A DNA stretch of 64,000 nucleotides from the NCBI GenBank assembly GCA_951406725.2, contig OX597837.1:15872001-15936000 (forward strand), read 5' to 3'. The stretch is from Octopus vulgaris (lineage: Eukaryota). Each line of letters starts with the position of its first letter. The first letter of the stretch is position 1. The notes beneath the pieces were generated by a model. It worked only from the letters and a program-made list of their open reading frames with translations, did not search any database and was not told the origin of the DNA. Shown piece after piece: positions 51,863 to 64,000 of the stretch. Both the position numbers and the translations under genes were made by a program.

Positions 51863-52072
51863 ATCTACCTATTGAGTTATTGGGTTTTATGGTCAGTTAT
51901 GGCCATTGCAGTGGTCATTTACTTCAACAAACACAAAAACAGAATACATTATGATGTACGCAAATATTTTCATGTGATTATGGTTGCTGTTTACCTGCCT
52001 GGCTTGCTATTGGAACCTATGATGCTGGCCTTGGCAGCGTGGTGTGCCTTTGCTCTTCTTTTTCTGCTGGAG
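51863..52072 (+). CDS. DOLK: dolichol kinase exon 8
   Basis: IYLLSYW..VRKYFHVIMVAVYLPG..LLE matches DOLK IYLLAYW..RKYFH..YIPG..FLE; AG/GT sites, phase 0. Confidence 0.95.
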
Positions 52073-53552
52073 GTAAAGATTTATTTTATATGTCTGTCTG
52101 TCTCTCTCTCTGTCTTGTTTTCCCAGTTTCATTTTGTCCTTGTGGGGCACAAGGGTTTTGAGGTAAAAGTTTGAGCCACTATATTCAGATTGATCAATTT
52201 TTATACCTGTAACAAATTGGGGCTCAAACCATTAATGATATTTCTCTCTTCCAAAAACAAAAATAAACTCATTATCTAAGAAATAATTATAGAACAGAAT
52301 CATTAGCACATTGGGCAAAATGCTTGGTGGTACTTTGTTGTCCTTATGTTCTGAGTTCAAATTCCACTGAGGTCAATTTTGCTTTTCATCCTTTTGGGGT
52401 GAAAGAAAATAAGTACCAGTTGAGCACTGGGAAAGATGTTATCGACTTACCCAGCCCCACCCCCCCAATTTTGTGCCAAAATTTGAAATCCATAATCATC
52501 ATCACCATCATCATTATTTAGCGTCTGTTTTCCATGCTAGCATGGGTTGGACAGTTTAACTGGGGTCTGTGAAGCCGGAAGGCTTCATCAGGCCCAGTCA
52601 GATTTGGCAGAGTTTCTACGGCTGGATGCCCTTCCTAACGCCAGTAGTAATGATAAACATAACCATAATTATAATCTGTTCTCCATTGGGCAGAAGTCCT
52701 GCAGTTTTGGGAGAGGGGCCAAATGAATTGCATTGACCCTAATGTCCAACTGGTACTTATTTGACTGACTCTGAAAGGATGAAGGACAAAGCTGACCATG
52801 GCAGAACTTGAACTCAGAATGTAGCGATGGATTAAATGCAACTAAGCATTTTTTACTGGTGTGCTGACAATTCTGCCACCTCACTACCTTCTTAATGATG
52901 ATGAGGATGATGAGGATGATAGTTTCTAATTTAGGTACAAGGCCAGAAAGTTCAAGGCAGTGGGGATGGGTGGGCTTACTCAATGACTGAACCCCAGTTC
53001 TTGACTGGTATTTTATTTTATTGACCACATAAGGATGAACAGCAAAATTGATCTTGCCAGGATTTGAACTCAGAATGTAAAGGACTGGAGCAAATACTGT
53101 AAGGCATTTTGTTTGAGACTCTAATGCAGAGAATTTGCCTGACCAATTCATGCAATAAACCAAGGAAGCTGGAAGTGAAGAAAGCTGGCTGTTGCTGAGA
53201 GATGGAAAGCTGACAACAACCCAATAGAATGAATTTGATTGAGACAAATCCAGTCAGACAGCTAACACAGAATGGGAAGAAAAGTGAATGAAAGTTTTCA
53301 CTTTATGCTAAGGAAGTGCTGTGAGCTAGTACAAAAAGAGAGTAAACAAAGGCATAAATGTGTTAGTAAAACTGTACATTGGGATGTGTACATAAGTAAC
53401 CTAATTAGACTTGGACAATGCTTAGATATTGGGGTCTAGTTTAGGGAGGTTCTGTGCCATAGACAGAGAACTGTTTTAATTTAACGCAGCCTGAATAACA
53501 TACACTAGATTAAAAAAAACCTATAACAACTAAATATTTTGGTTTATTTCAG

Positions 53553-53724
53553 CAATTCCGAATGTACAAAATTCCACCTTTATCTTCGTCCCTGGAATCG
53601 AGTCTGTCTTTATTTTTGGACGAGAAAGACAGTGGTCCAATGCTGGTCAGTCATATATACCTGTTGGTTGGATTCTCAGTTCCAGTTTGGCTGTCAACCG
53701 ATGCTGGACATTTCCTCACTCCTG
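53553..53724 (+). CDS. DOLK: dolichol kinase exon 9
   Basis: LSLFLDEKDSGPMLVSHIYLLVGFSVPVWL matches [20 protein letters not shown]; phase 0->1. Confidence 0.96.
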
Positions 53725-54884
53725 GTCAGTTTCTCTTGTTAGGATATTTCAACTCTACAACACGAGTGTACTCTGCTGTACGGTAGAGTACAGTAGAATA
53801 GGATAGAGCACAGCACAATACCACAGTGTACAGTACAACATATGACAATACAGTGCAATGTACTATACTACAATACATGCAATTAAGCATGTATATACAT
53901 ACTTATGTGTATACACACACACACACAAGCCTACCTTTCTGATTACATGTGCACACACACATATACACTCATACACACACATATTCAAGCATATAGACAC
54001 ACACATGTGTGTGCACTTGCTTATTTATCTATTACTATATTTATATAAGCATGTGCACACACACACACACACACACATGCGCGCATACACACACACATGC
54101 GCGCATACACACACAGATGCGCGCGCACACACACACACACACACACAATGCATGTATATGTAAATAGGCTCAGGTGTAGCTGTGTGGTTAAGATGTTTAT
54201 TTCCCAAATGTGTGGCTTTGGGTTCAGTCTCACTGTGTGATACCTTGGGCAAGTGCCTTCTACTATAGCCCCAGGCTGACCAGAGTCTTGTGACTGGATT
54301 TGGCAGACAAAAACTACAAGATGTCCATTGAGTGTGTGTGTGTGTGGTGGGTAGAACAAAGGATCTCTAGATTACAGCTTTGTCTGATAGCCAATACTTC
54401 TGGATGAGCTTAATATAGATTAAATACCACAACGAAATTATTGTCATCATGTGATATATATATGTATGTATATGCATACATACATAGACTTATATGTGTG
54501 TGTGTGTCTGTGAGTGTCCTTGATCTATAATATGATAGTTTTAGATGAATGTCACTGTCATTCGTTTCCATGTCAGGCCATGGAGGAATAACTCCCCTGG
54601 AAGCAGGTGAGTGTTGTCGATAGCCAGGGTATTTGGCTGTAGGAAACCTGCCTCAGTAAACTCCATCCAACCAAGCAAACATGGAGAAGTGAATGTTAAA
54701 AAGATGATGATGATGATGATGATAAAAAATGTTCTTCTATATAAAGTAGAAATGATGAAAATATAATGAACATAAAAATAAAAATTTCTACAATAAAATG
54801 TGAAAAAAGTGTGAAATGTGAAAAATTTTCCTCCTTCACATTACACTCCGTCTAATGATTCCCATTACAATTTGTCTTTTGTAG

Positions 54885-54983
54885 AAGACTATGTCAGCTG
54901 CTTTTCTGGTTTGTTGACCCTTGGTGTTGGAGACACTGCTGCATCAGTTGTTGGGATCAGATATGGTAAAACAAAACTTCCTG
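54885..54983 (+). CDS. DOLK: dolichol kinase exon 10
   Basis: SGLLTLGVGDTAASVVGIRYG, the CTP-dependent kinase G(V)GD motif; phase 1->1. Confidence 0.96.
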
Positions 54984-55045
54984 GTAAGTTTGCACAAGTT
55001 TCTCTGCTTGTAAAGGCTGTTCAGAAAACTCTTATGTACTTTTAG

Positions 55046-55375
55046 AGTTGCATGGGTCAAGGGTTAGAGTGTCGGACTCACAATCATGAGATAGTGAGTT
55101 CGATTCTTGGACTGGGTTGTGTGTTGCGTTTTTTGTTTCACGTTGCTTCAGTTCACTCAGTTGCAGAAATGAGTTGCAGTGCCACTGGTACCAAGCTGTA
55201 TCGGCCCCTTTGCCTCTCCCTTGGATAACATCAATGGCATGGAAAGGGGGGAGACTGGTATGCATGGGCGACTACTGGTCTTCCATAAACAAACTTGCCT
55301 GGACCTGTTCTTCAGAGGAGAACTTTCTAGAAGCAATCCCATGGTCATCCCTCACCGAAGAGGGTTTTTACCTTT
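55046..55375 (+). mobile_element. tRNA-derived SINE, family B
   Basis: Close match to 22098-22430. Confidence 0.8.
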
Positions 55376-55705
55376 TTTACTTTTGTAATCACCCTAAGGT
55401 CTGGCTGTTGTCTTGTCATCTGCCTGCCTGTCTGTCTGAGTGAGTGTCTCCTTGTCTCTCTGTCTTCAAGCAGACATGTCTGGCCATAAGGAAATATTAT
55501 GTTGCTTGGGAATTAGTCGTGGTTGGCGACTGGAGAGGCATCCAGCCTTAAAGAAATCTGCCTCAATCAACTGCGTCGGACCCTTGCAGGCAGGGGTTTC
55601 ATGCATGAAATAGCAGAAGATGAGGAAGTCAGCAATGGTCTGCGTTGCTAAAGAGTTTTATTCGTTTTGTGAACTTAATGTTTTTTGTTTCCTTTTTTTT
55701 TCTAG

Positions 55706-55786
55706 GTAATTCCAGAAAATCCGTGGAAGGGACTTTGGCCTCAATCGTTGCCCAGATCATAGGCGTTGGGTGCTTGAATTACTTTG
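55706..55786 (+). CDS. DOLK: dolichol kinase exon 11 (GNSRKSVEGTLASIVAQIIGVGCLNYF)
   Basis: K(S/T)xEG motif; T-rich acceptor, donor G|GTAAAT. Confidence 0.95.
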
Positions 55787-55835
55787 GTAAATAACTTCTT
55801 TATTATTCTTGCTTGGTTCTGGTGAAGCTTTGACA

Positions 55836-55871
<36 letters not shown>

Positions 55872-56428
55872 GGAAAGAGAGAGACAGCAAGAACAAGAAA
55901 GCAATAGAAAGAGAATCATAGAAAGTAAGAGAGTGAGTGAAAGAGAATGAGAGAGAGAGAGAGAGGGAGAGAGAGAGAGAGAGAGAGAGAGATTCCCATT
56001 AAGTCTGGTTGAAGACGTGACTGTAGTTGGGGAGTCCACTTCTCAACCATATGCTTCTGGGTTCAATCCCACAGTCTGGCATGTTGGGCCCCAGGTCGAC
56101 GAAAGACTTACGAGTTGACTTGGTATGTGTGTGTGTGTGTCTTTATATGCAAGTGTGTGTGTGTGTGTGTGTCTTTATATGCAAGTGTGTGTGTGTGGTA
56201 TTTCCTGTTCCCTTGCCTTAGCCTTTTGCTCTTTAAACAAATGTTGCCATCACAAAAGAATTGTGGTTTGTTTATAATCTTCTGTGGAAACATGTCCAGA
56301 CTCGAGGAAAATGTTAACTTGCTCAAGAAGAGGTGACCATCGGTCAAGACAACTTGTCTTGTCTGAAATATGCAAATATGGAGAAGTAGACATTAAAACG
56401 ATGATGATGATGGTGATGTCAATGATGG

Positions 56429-56463
<35 letters not shown>

Positions 56464-56534
56464 TTTGTTTATTTATTCAGCAAGCAGAACCGACTGCAAC
56501 AACAACAACAACAACTAATATTAACCATTTTCAG

Positions 56535-56665
56535 TTTCAGTTCCGCTCACTCCAAGAATCCTCTTCACACTCTCGTTGGCATCGTTCTATGAAGCTTTCA
56601 CCGACCAAATCGACAATCTAACCTTGCCGCTCTTCACTTATTCACTTTTACGCCTTTCGTCATGA
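56535..56665 (+). CDS. DOLK: dolichol kinase exon 12 to TGA
   Basis: YEAFTDQIDNLTLPL matches LEAYTTQIDNLLLPL; 12 exons total 1509 nt = 502 aa + stop. Confidence 0.95.
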
Positions 56666-57769
56666 CGATGATGATGATGATGATGATGAATCAATGACTC
56701 ATCGTTATATAAGCAGGGTTGTTCATCTCTGGTCTTTCATAAAAAACCTGTCTGGCCATGGAAGAATATTACCTTGCTTCAAAACGAGACTTGGTGACAG
56801 GGGGAGGCATGAACAAATTCCATCTGACCCCTGCAAGCGTCGAAAAGTGATCTTTAAATGATGATGATGATGATGATGATGATGATGGCACACACACACA
56901 CACACACACACATTAATGTCAAGTATTGCAAGGAGTTCCACTTCAATGTTTACAGCTTAAAATAACCTCATTGATTCTATTACGACTAAATTACTAGCAC
57001 TCAGTGACACTGGTACTTTCACGCAGATACGCTGACATGCATAGTCACACACACACACGCACACACACACACACACATCCATGTTCTTATCTACAGCTCT
57101 ACCTCACGTCCACACTAATAATTATCCATGTTAGCTCCTCATGGACACTCCCTTCTATGTATACTTATGAATAAATATTAGTTTTATTATAATCATCATC
57201 ATCATTGTCATCAATTTTAACATCTATTTTTTGATGCTGGCATGGGTTGGAAGGAGTTCATTTCAGGCATATGTTTCTACAGCTGGATTCCCTTCCTGTT
57301 GCCAACCCACACCAATATGCAAACAAAGGAATATTACCCCATGGCCAGACATGTTTTCACAGAAGATTGGAAAAGAACGACACTGCTTCTTTAATATTTG
57401 CAATTACCATGTATTATCAACAGACACACACAAAGCAGGCTTCTTTCAGTTTCTATCAACCACATCCATCCACAACACTTTGATCATCCTGGGGCAATTG
57501 TACAAGTCACTTGCCCAAGGTGCCATGCAGTGAAACGACCTAGAACCATGAGTTCAGAAAGCAAACTTCTTACCCCACATCATATTTTGATGAATAACTG
57601 ACACAGCTTAAAATAACGACATTCCATCTGATAATGTTTAATCAAATAATGGTTAATGACTCATGTGATATTTCCTTTTGTAAATTGATATCAGGTTATT
57701 AATTAAATTTCTATATTTTTTACTTCGTTAAAAACATCATCAAGCAATGAAATTGTTTTAATATTTTGA

Positions 57770-57775
57770 AATAAA
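57770..57775 (+). terminator. likely DOLK polyadenylation signal (alternative at 57170-57175)
   Basis: AATAAA followed by GT/T-rich downstream sequence. Confidence 0.45.
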
Positions 57776-59448
57776 TAAGTTTTTGTAACTAATGATTTTG
57801 TCTTTTCTTTCACAAATAATCTCTTTTAATTGTTGGTTTCTAATTTTGACACAAGGCCAGCAATTTCAGGAACGATCAGTTGGTGCTTTTTACGTGCCAC
57901 CAGCATGGAAGCCAGTCAAGGTGGCGCTGGCATTGGCCATGTTCGGATGGTGCTTTTTACGTGCCACTGGCACAACTACAATTTCCATTTGATATTTATT
58001 TTGATGTTGATGTACTTGACTCAATAGGTCTCAAGCACAGCAGGTCACCCCACGATCCAAGGTACTTTGGAATCCATGATCTATATATGACTAGACTGCC
58101 AGGCTCCATGACCCCAATCATGCTGTAGCAGGTATAAAGGGTTAAGACCCTTTATACCTGCTATAGTCATTGGAACGTGGACATGGTGGAGCCCTGCCTT
58201 GAAGGGCTTCTAGTTGAACATATGGATGTCAAGGCTTAATTTTTAAAAAATTTGCTTATTTCACTCGTCTCTTTTGCCAAATCACATGGTTTGGGATTCA
58301 GCCCCATTGTGCAAGTGTCTTTAACTCTGGCCCCAAGCTGACCAAGCCCTTGTCAGTAGATTTGGTAGATGGAAACTAAAAGAAGCCTGTCATTATACAT
58401 ATGTGTGTGTGTGTCAGTGTGTTTATCCCCACCCCATCACCAACACTTGACAACTATTGCTTTGTTTATGTTTTCATAACTTAGCAGTTCAGCAAAGGAC
58501 ACTAATTTAATAAATACAAGGCTTAAAAGAAATAAGTTCCGGGGTCAATGTGTCCAGCCAAACCCTTCAAGATGATACCCCAGCATGGCCACAGTCCAAT
58601 AACCAAAACCAGTAAAAGATATACAAAAGACAACAGAAAGCCAATATATAGTCTGTGTACAAAAGAAATTTATTCATTTCTCCATCCATGACCTACACAA
58701 TTAGACCACTTTAGAATAATTCCCTTACATGTGTCTCCCCCACCCCATTAGAGGCACATGGCTCAGTGGTTTGGCTGTTGGACTCATGATTGTAAGATCG
58801 TGATTTCAATTCCTGGACTGGGCAATGCATTGTATTTCTTGAACGAGACACTTCATTTCATGTTGCTCCAGTCCATTCAGCTGGCAAAAAGGAGTCATCC
58901 TCTGAGGGACGAAGATCCTTTCTGAGTCATATAAACTCATGTGGATGTTTTCCTGGCTTACGTGGCATATATATTCCCCCTGGATAGGAAACTGGTCCCT
59001 CAGAGGATGACTCCTTTTTGCCAGTTGATTATTAAAAGAATTCTCTTACAGACAAAGAACACCAGAAGGACATTTTTCTGTTGACCATTTGTTAATTTTT
59101 ATATAATTCTGCAAATATATAGGTCCTCCACAAAGGGCTTTGTATGAATATTTCACAGACATTTTTTTTTTGTAGAGAATCCCTTTATTTATAGATCTTT
59201 TTGAATAGAAATTTTTATGATTCTTTTATACATTGATACTCCCATGTGTGCGTGGAGTCTATCATCCATGCTGTATTTTGTTTTGGTTTAAATCAGAGTC
59301 TATATGCAAGTGCCAAGTATTATCAGGTGTCTGGTGATTTCAGAATAAGTTTTGACTTCTCGCTTGGACTCCGTTTTACATTTATACATACATATAGGTA
59401 TTTCAAAGAAGTCGTTCATATGCGGTGTGTGTATGTATCAGTCAGCTG

Positions 59449-59654
59449 TCAATAGATATTCCAGTTTCTCTTGAGTTTCCTACAATTCTTACGGAGATTC
59501 TTGGTGTGCTTGACTATCTCTTTCTGCTGTTGACTTCTTGAACACCAGACGTGGAACTGACAGCAACACGTTATAAGGAAGAGGCAGACGGAAAGGATGA
59601 TAACGAAAACGAGGATCACCGTCGAAGCCTCGAACTGTAATTCGTACGTGTAAC
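59449..59654 (-). CDS. terminal coding exon of an unidentified single-pass (type I-like) membrane protein
   Basis: Acceptor TTTCTATATTTTCAG, phase 1; YTYELQFEAS-TVILVFVIILSVCLFLITCCC-QFHVWC + basic tail ..KNLRKNCRKLKRNWNIY*; AATAAA on the minus strand at 59184-59189. Confidence 0.65.
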
Positions 59655-60592
59655 CTGAAAATATAGAAATGCACAAAGACACATTATGCAAAAGGGTGCC
59701 AAAGCCTGCGAATAAAGAGTCTATAGAGTCTTAAAACAAAGGGAAAAGGAAAACAACCGTGTTGGTTATGAAAGTTGTACGACATCTTAGAGTGGAAAAA
59801 TTCTTCCTGCAATAAAAATGCGTAACCCGAGTCGAGTCCATGGCTTCAAATCAGAAAAGCTGAAGTTTCTATAGTCAACCGGTCTCCTCTGTAGCGAATG
59901 TCCCTGGTGTAGGAAAACCTGACCGCTGAAACAATCCATAGCTTTCCACACGTGATCGAGATGTGGAGGCAATCATGAAATTGAACGTCGTCAATCATAC
60001 AGCAGGCAATGGTTGTTGAAGCGAAGGCTGTAGATCTTTTTACTGTAGATCTTTTTAGCCCATTAAATTAATGTAAGATTCTAGTCATCAGTTTAGTGAT
60101 GGTACAACTAGTATGGTGGTTCTCTATCTTTGTGCTATGTTGCTATAACACGGCTGAGTGTTCACAGCTTGTTGATTACTGTGTCTGTGTGTTCGTTCAA
60201 GAGTAATTGATATACAGAGACAAACGGACGAAACTCAACGGTGGTTCGTATACAAAGAGAGACGGTCAAAAGACTGGCAGAATCGTTTGCACGCCGGGCG
60301 AAGTGCTTAGCGGTATTTCGCCTGTCGCTACGTTCTAAAACTTTCTTAAAATGGATGCAGTTTTGAATTAAACTCGAAGATTTCTTCACTTCAAGCAAAT
60401 TTTTTCAGCACTGTCTTCAAATTATGACTTTTTAATTAAACACAAACAGATTTCAGTATAAACTTTCGGAAAATATGCTCAAAGAGAAGCAAAAATGATT
60501 CTATGAATCTTCTCAGTTGAAAAAAGCCTTTCTGACAAAAGAAATAATTCCTGACAGGTGGGAATAAAATGACGTGTTAATTTTCATTTCTG

Positions 60593-60649
<57 letters not shown>

Positions 60650-60869
60650 GTATGTGTGTGTGTGTGTATGTGTGCGTTACCAGTACCACAAATCTCTCTC
60701 TCTCCCCATTCTTGAGAGAATGGAGTATATTACAAAACGCCTCAGCTTGTGTTTGTAGACAATTGAAAAGAATCCTTTTTTTTAAAAAAAAAAGAACTTC
60801 TTCATATCCCATTTTGTGGACAAAGTTTATCAAATTTTGTATGTATGTATGTATGTACATACGATATGC

Positions 60870-61050
60870 AAAGGTACATGAAGCCCAGTTACAACTACAG
60901 CCGGCTATTACCAGTAAAGGTCTTAGTTGCCAATTCTGTACAAGACATTGTAGATCTTTAGCTGGGTTAAAAAGTCACATTCGATCACAGCACCAATAAC
61001 AGTTAAGCTTCGTTCAATGGCTATACTCGATAACGAGGGGGCAACCATAA
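60870..61050 (+). mobile_element. RTE LINE 3' end (C2H2 finger + 3' UTR)
   Basis: CQFCTRHCRSLAGLKSHIRSQH* then GGCTATACTCGATAACGAGGGGGCAACCA and a microsatellite tail. Confidence 0.65.
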
Positions 61051-61623
61051 TGTATGTATGTATGTCCGTTTGTATGTATGTATGTATGTATGTATGTATG
61101 TATGTATGTATGTATGTATGTATGTATGTATGTATGTATGTATGTATGTATGTATGTATATATGTACGTACGTACGGATGTATGTATGTATACTCTTTAC
61201 TCTCTTTTACTTGTTTCAGTCATTTGACTGCGGCCATGCTGGAGCACCGCCTTTAATTGAGCAACTCGACCCCGGGACTTATTCTTTTGTAAGCCCAGTA
61301 CATATTCTATCGGTCTCTTTTGCCAAACCGCTAAGTAACGGGGACATAAACACACCAGCATCGGTTGTCAAGCAATGCTAGGGGGACAAACACAGACGCA
61401 CAAACACACACACGCATACATATATATACATATATACGACGGGCTTCTTTCAGTTTCCGTCTACCAAATCCACTCACAAGGCTTTGGTCGGCCCGAGACT
61501 ATAGTAGAAGATACTTGCCCAAGGTGCCACGCAGTGGGACTGAAACCGGAACCATGTGGTTGGTAAACAAGCTACTTACCACACAGCCACTCTTGCGCCT
61601 ATGTATGTATGTATGTCCGTATG

Positions 61624-61655
<32 letters not shown>

Positions 61656-62130
61656 TGTATGTATGTATGTATGTATGTATGTATGTATGTATGTATGTAT
61701 GTATGTATGTGTGTGTGTATGTATGTGTGTGTGTATGTATATATGTATGTACGTACGCACGTATGTATGTATGTATATACGTACGTACGTATGTATATAC
61801 GTACGTATGTATGTATGTATGTATGTATGTCCGTATGTATGTATGTCCGTATGTATGTATGTATGTATGTATTTATGTATGTATGTATGTAGTATGTATG
61901 TATGTATGTTTGTATGCATGTATGTATGTATGTATGTATGTATATATGTTTGTATGTATGTCCGTATGTATGTATATTCGTATGTATGTATGTATGTTTG
62001 TATGTATGTATTTATGTATATACATGCGTACAAATATACCAACATACATACATACATACATACACACATACATACACACGCACATACATACACACGCACA
62101 TACATACATAGATACATACATACATACAAA
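61051..62130. repeat. (TATG)n microsatellite field interrupted by a family A SINE (61195-61600, minus)
   Basis: Directly visible; source of the long MYVC/HTYI pseudo-ORFs. Confidence 0.95.
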
Positions 62131-63426
62131 CAAACACAAAAATACCGTTGTTGTTGAAATTCCAAAGAAGGAGCCTTGGATCTTAGGTTAGAAACCGGTT
62201 CTTTCTCTGTTGGTAAAAAATCTTGAAATAAATCTGAACAATGACACACATATATTCATACGTACATAAATGCATTAACATGTATGCATATAAATACACC
62301 TACATGTGTGTGTTCTTTGACTGAAAACAATCAGGATTTTCAGATCGTAGTTATTGATATTCAAAACTCCCAATTGTAGCAGCGAGTCCTAGAGTCTATT
62401 CCGACTCAAAACCTCGTTACCTTTATATCAACTCATTACAACAGTTTGGCGCACAAATTCTTTCTATGCCTGAAATTTTGTGTGGCTGGGAAGAAGGCTT
62501 GTCGATAACATTGGCCACCAAATGGAAGAAAGGCAGAATTTGAACTTGATTTAGCGCAGTAACGATTCTACCGGGTTGCCGCCTTTAGAACACATAAATA
62601 CATAAAAAATATAAATACAAACGGAATATGTTCAGATAATAAACTAATGAAGCGAGAGTGTTATGGACATACGATCGTCTGAATGGAAACGTTGTAATCT
62701 CCTGATAAAATGCAACAGCTTATTCACGTTTGAATCTGTCGGAATTGTATTAAGAACGAATATGTAAGGCAACGTTTCGAAGCATCAGTTGAGTTCTACT
62801 GAAAATATCAGCCTTCACTTACCGTTTTCTAAGGAAATGGTATAATTTAACATCATGCAAAATCTTTGTTTTAGGCTCTTGGTTATGGAGGAACAAGTTT
62901 CTTTCTTAACAGATGTCTTCACTTATGGCATAAACCAATGAGAGACAGGAAGGAACCGATGTTAAGAAAAATGTCATTGTATTTCTAGATTGTTGGAAGG
63001 TCGAAGTACAAGTTTATTTTAAAATTCGTTTCTTAGTCAACCAACGAACCGTGTCTCCCCCCCCCTTGTATACGTTACAAAGTCGAACAGTTTATGCCCA
63101 AATCCTTTCGATAATACTTTGGCACCAAGAAATTAGACATTAGCCTCGTCAGGGGGAGAGAAGTAAATAAATGAATAAAGAAATGGAAGGCTAAATCTCT
63201 CCTTCCACGAAAAACAACAACACTTTGTCGTTTGTTGAGCCGAAAGTTGACCTTGATTGAGCAAAAGAGAAGCTATTCCAGCCTTGACTATCAAAGCTGC
63301 ACCGGATTAACTATTAAATCAAACAAGCACGTGCTTAGTGCATTGAGGGGCAGAAATGGTAAATGATTTTTGGCACAAAACAAATCACTTTGAACGTACT
63401 AAGATAATATTCCAAGTGGGTATATT

Positions 63427-63596
63427 CGGCTGGTCTTAGCGATCGGCTTCGCGCTAGGAATACAACGGAGTGTTATGCAGCCGCCATATTCCTTTCAATA
63501 TCGGCCAGCTCTGGTGAGCGTAAGATCATATAATCGGATCGTTATCTAACACTCCGTTTTATTCCTAGTGTGAAACCGCTTGGTAAGGATCAGCCG
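63427..63596. mobile_element. MITE-like inverted repeat, ~49-bp arms
   Basis: CGGCTGGTCTTAGCGATCGGCTTCGCGCTAGGAATACAACGGAGTGTTA / TAACACTCCGTTTTATTCCTAGTGTGAAACCGCTTGGTAAGGATCAGCCG. Confidence 0.7.
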
Positions 63597-64000
63597 TAAT
63601 GGATATATATATATATAACACTGTATAATACGGATATTCGGATACGTGTGTGTGTGTGTACACACACACATGATTACATATACATATATTCATATGTACA
63701 CACATACATCCATATAGATACATACACACATACACGGATGCATGCATACATACATGCAAATATACATTTGCGCGTATGTGTTTGTGTTTTTACATTCCTC
63801 TGATATAAATCGGCAAAAGATTAAAATGGTCTGGAAAAGGACCAAGTCGTGATTTCAGCCAAAATTTTGTCGTATATTTTCACCCCATTTACATCAACTC
63901 TCACTCGTTTCTTTCCAGTTGCATTACTGAAAAACGCTTCGGAGCAGTAATTGATCCGTTACAAAACTGTAAGCAACGAATCTAATGTTTATCAAGAGAA

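Noticed and set aside
59489-59674. Alternative frame (LHVRITVRGFDGDPRF..) for the terminal exon
   Set aside because: The phase-1 frame gives a coherent TM-plus-tail architecture; this frame has no recognisable features, although it is not formally excluded.
60920-60999. Host C2H2 zinc-finger gene
   Set aside because: Single finger followed by an RTE-type 3' UTR and a microsatellite tail; a LINE remnant.
61365-62249. Long ORFs of 175-216 aa
   Set aside because: Stop-free (TATG)n repeats plus SINE sequence; no coding signal.

Overview
Eukaryotic, AT-rich, repeat-saturated genomic DNA. The (TA)n/(CA)n/(TATG)n/(GAT)n microsatellites and the tRNA-derived SINE families suggest an octopod cephalopod, but that is inference from repeat style. 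Most ORFs in the supplied track are microsatellite or repeat artefacts. Manual exon assembly gives two complete spliced genes in divergent orientation. The first is a PIERCE1-like (UPF0691/C9orf116 family) ciliary microtubule-inner-protein gene on the minus strand (4 coding exons, 37013->22950, 115 aa) with an RFX X-box just upstream of its ATG. The second is dolichol kinase (DOLK) on the plus strand (12 coding exons, 42689->56665, 502 aa). There is also the last exon of an unidentified type I membrane protein gene converging on DOLK (59654->59449) and probable 5' exons of a minus-strand gene that leaves the window to the left. Mobile DNA includes a near full-length decayed Tigger/pogo, mariner/maT fragments, several MITEs, Helitron- and Helentron-type elements, RTE and Tx1 LINE fragments and Penelope-like (Naiad-type) fragments. 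The most unusual signal is a set of minimal type I hammerhead-ribozyme motifs in short non-coding elements. One element joins a tRNA-like Pol III head to a hammerhead (28801-29130), a candidate self-cleaving, Penelope-mobilised SINE.
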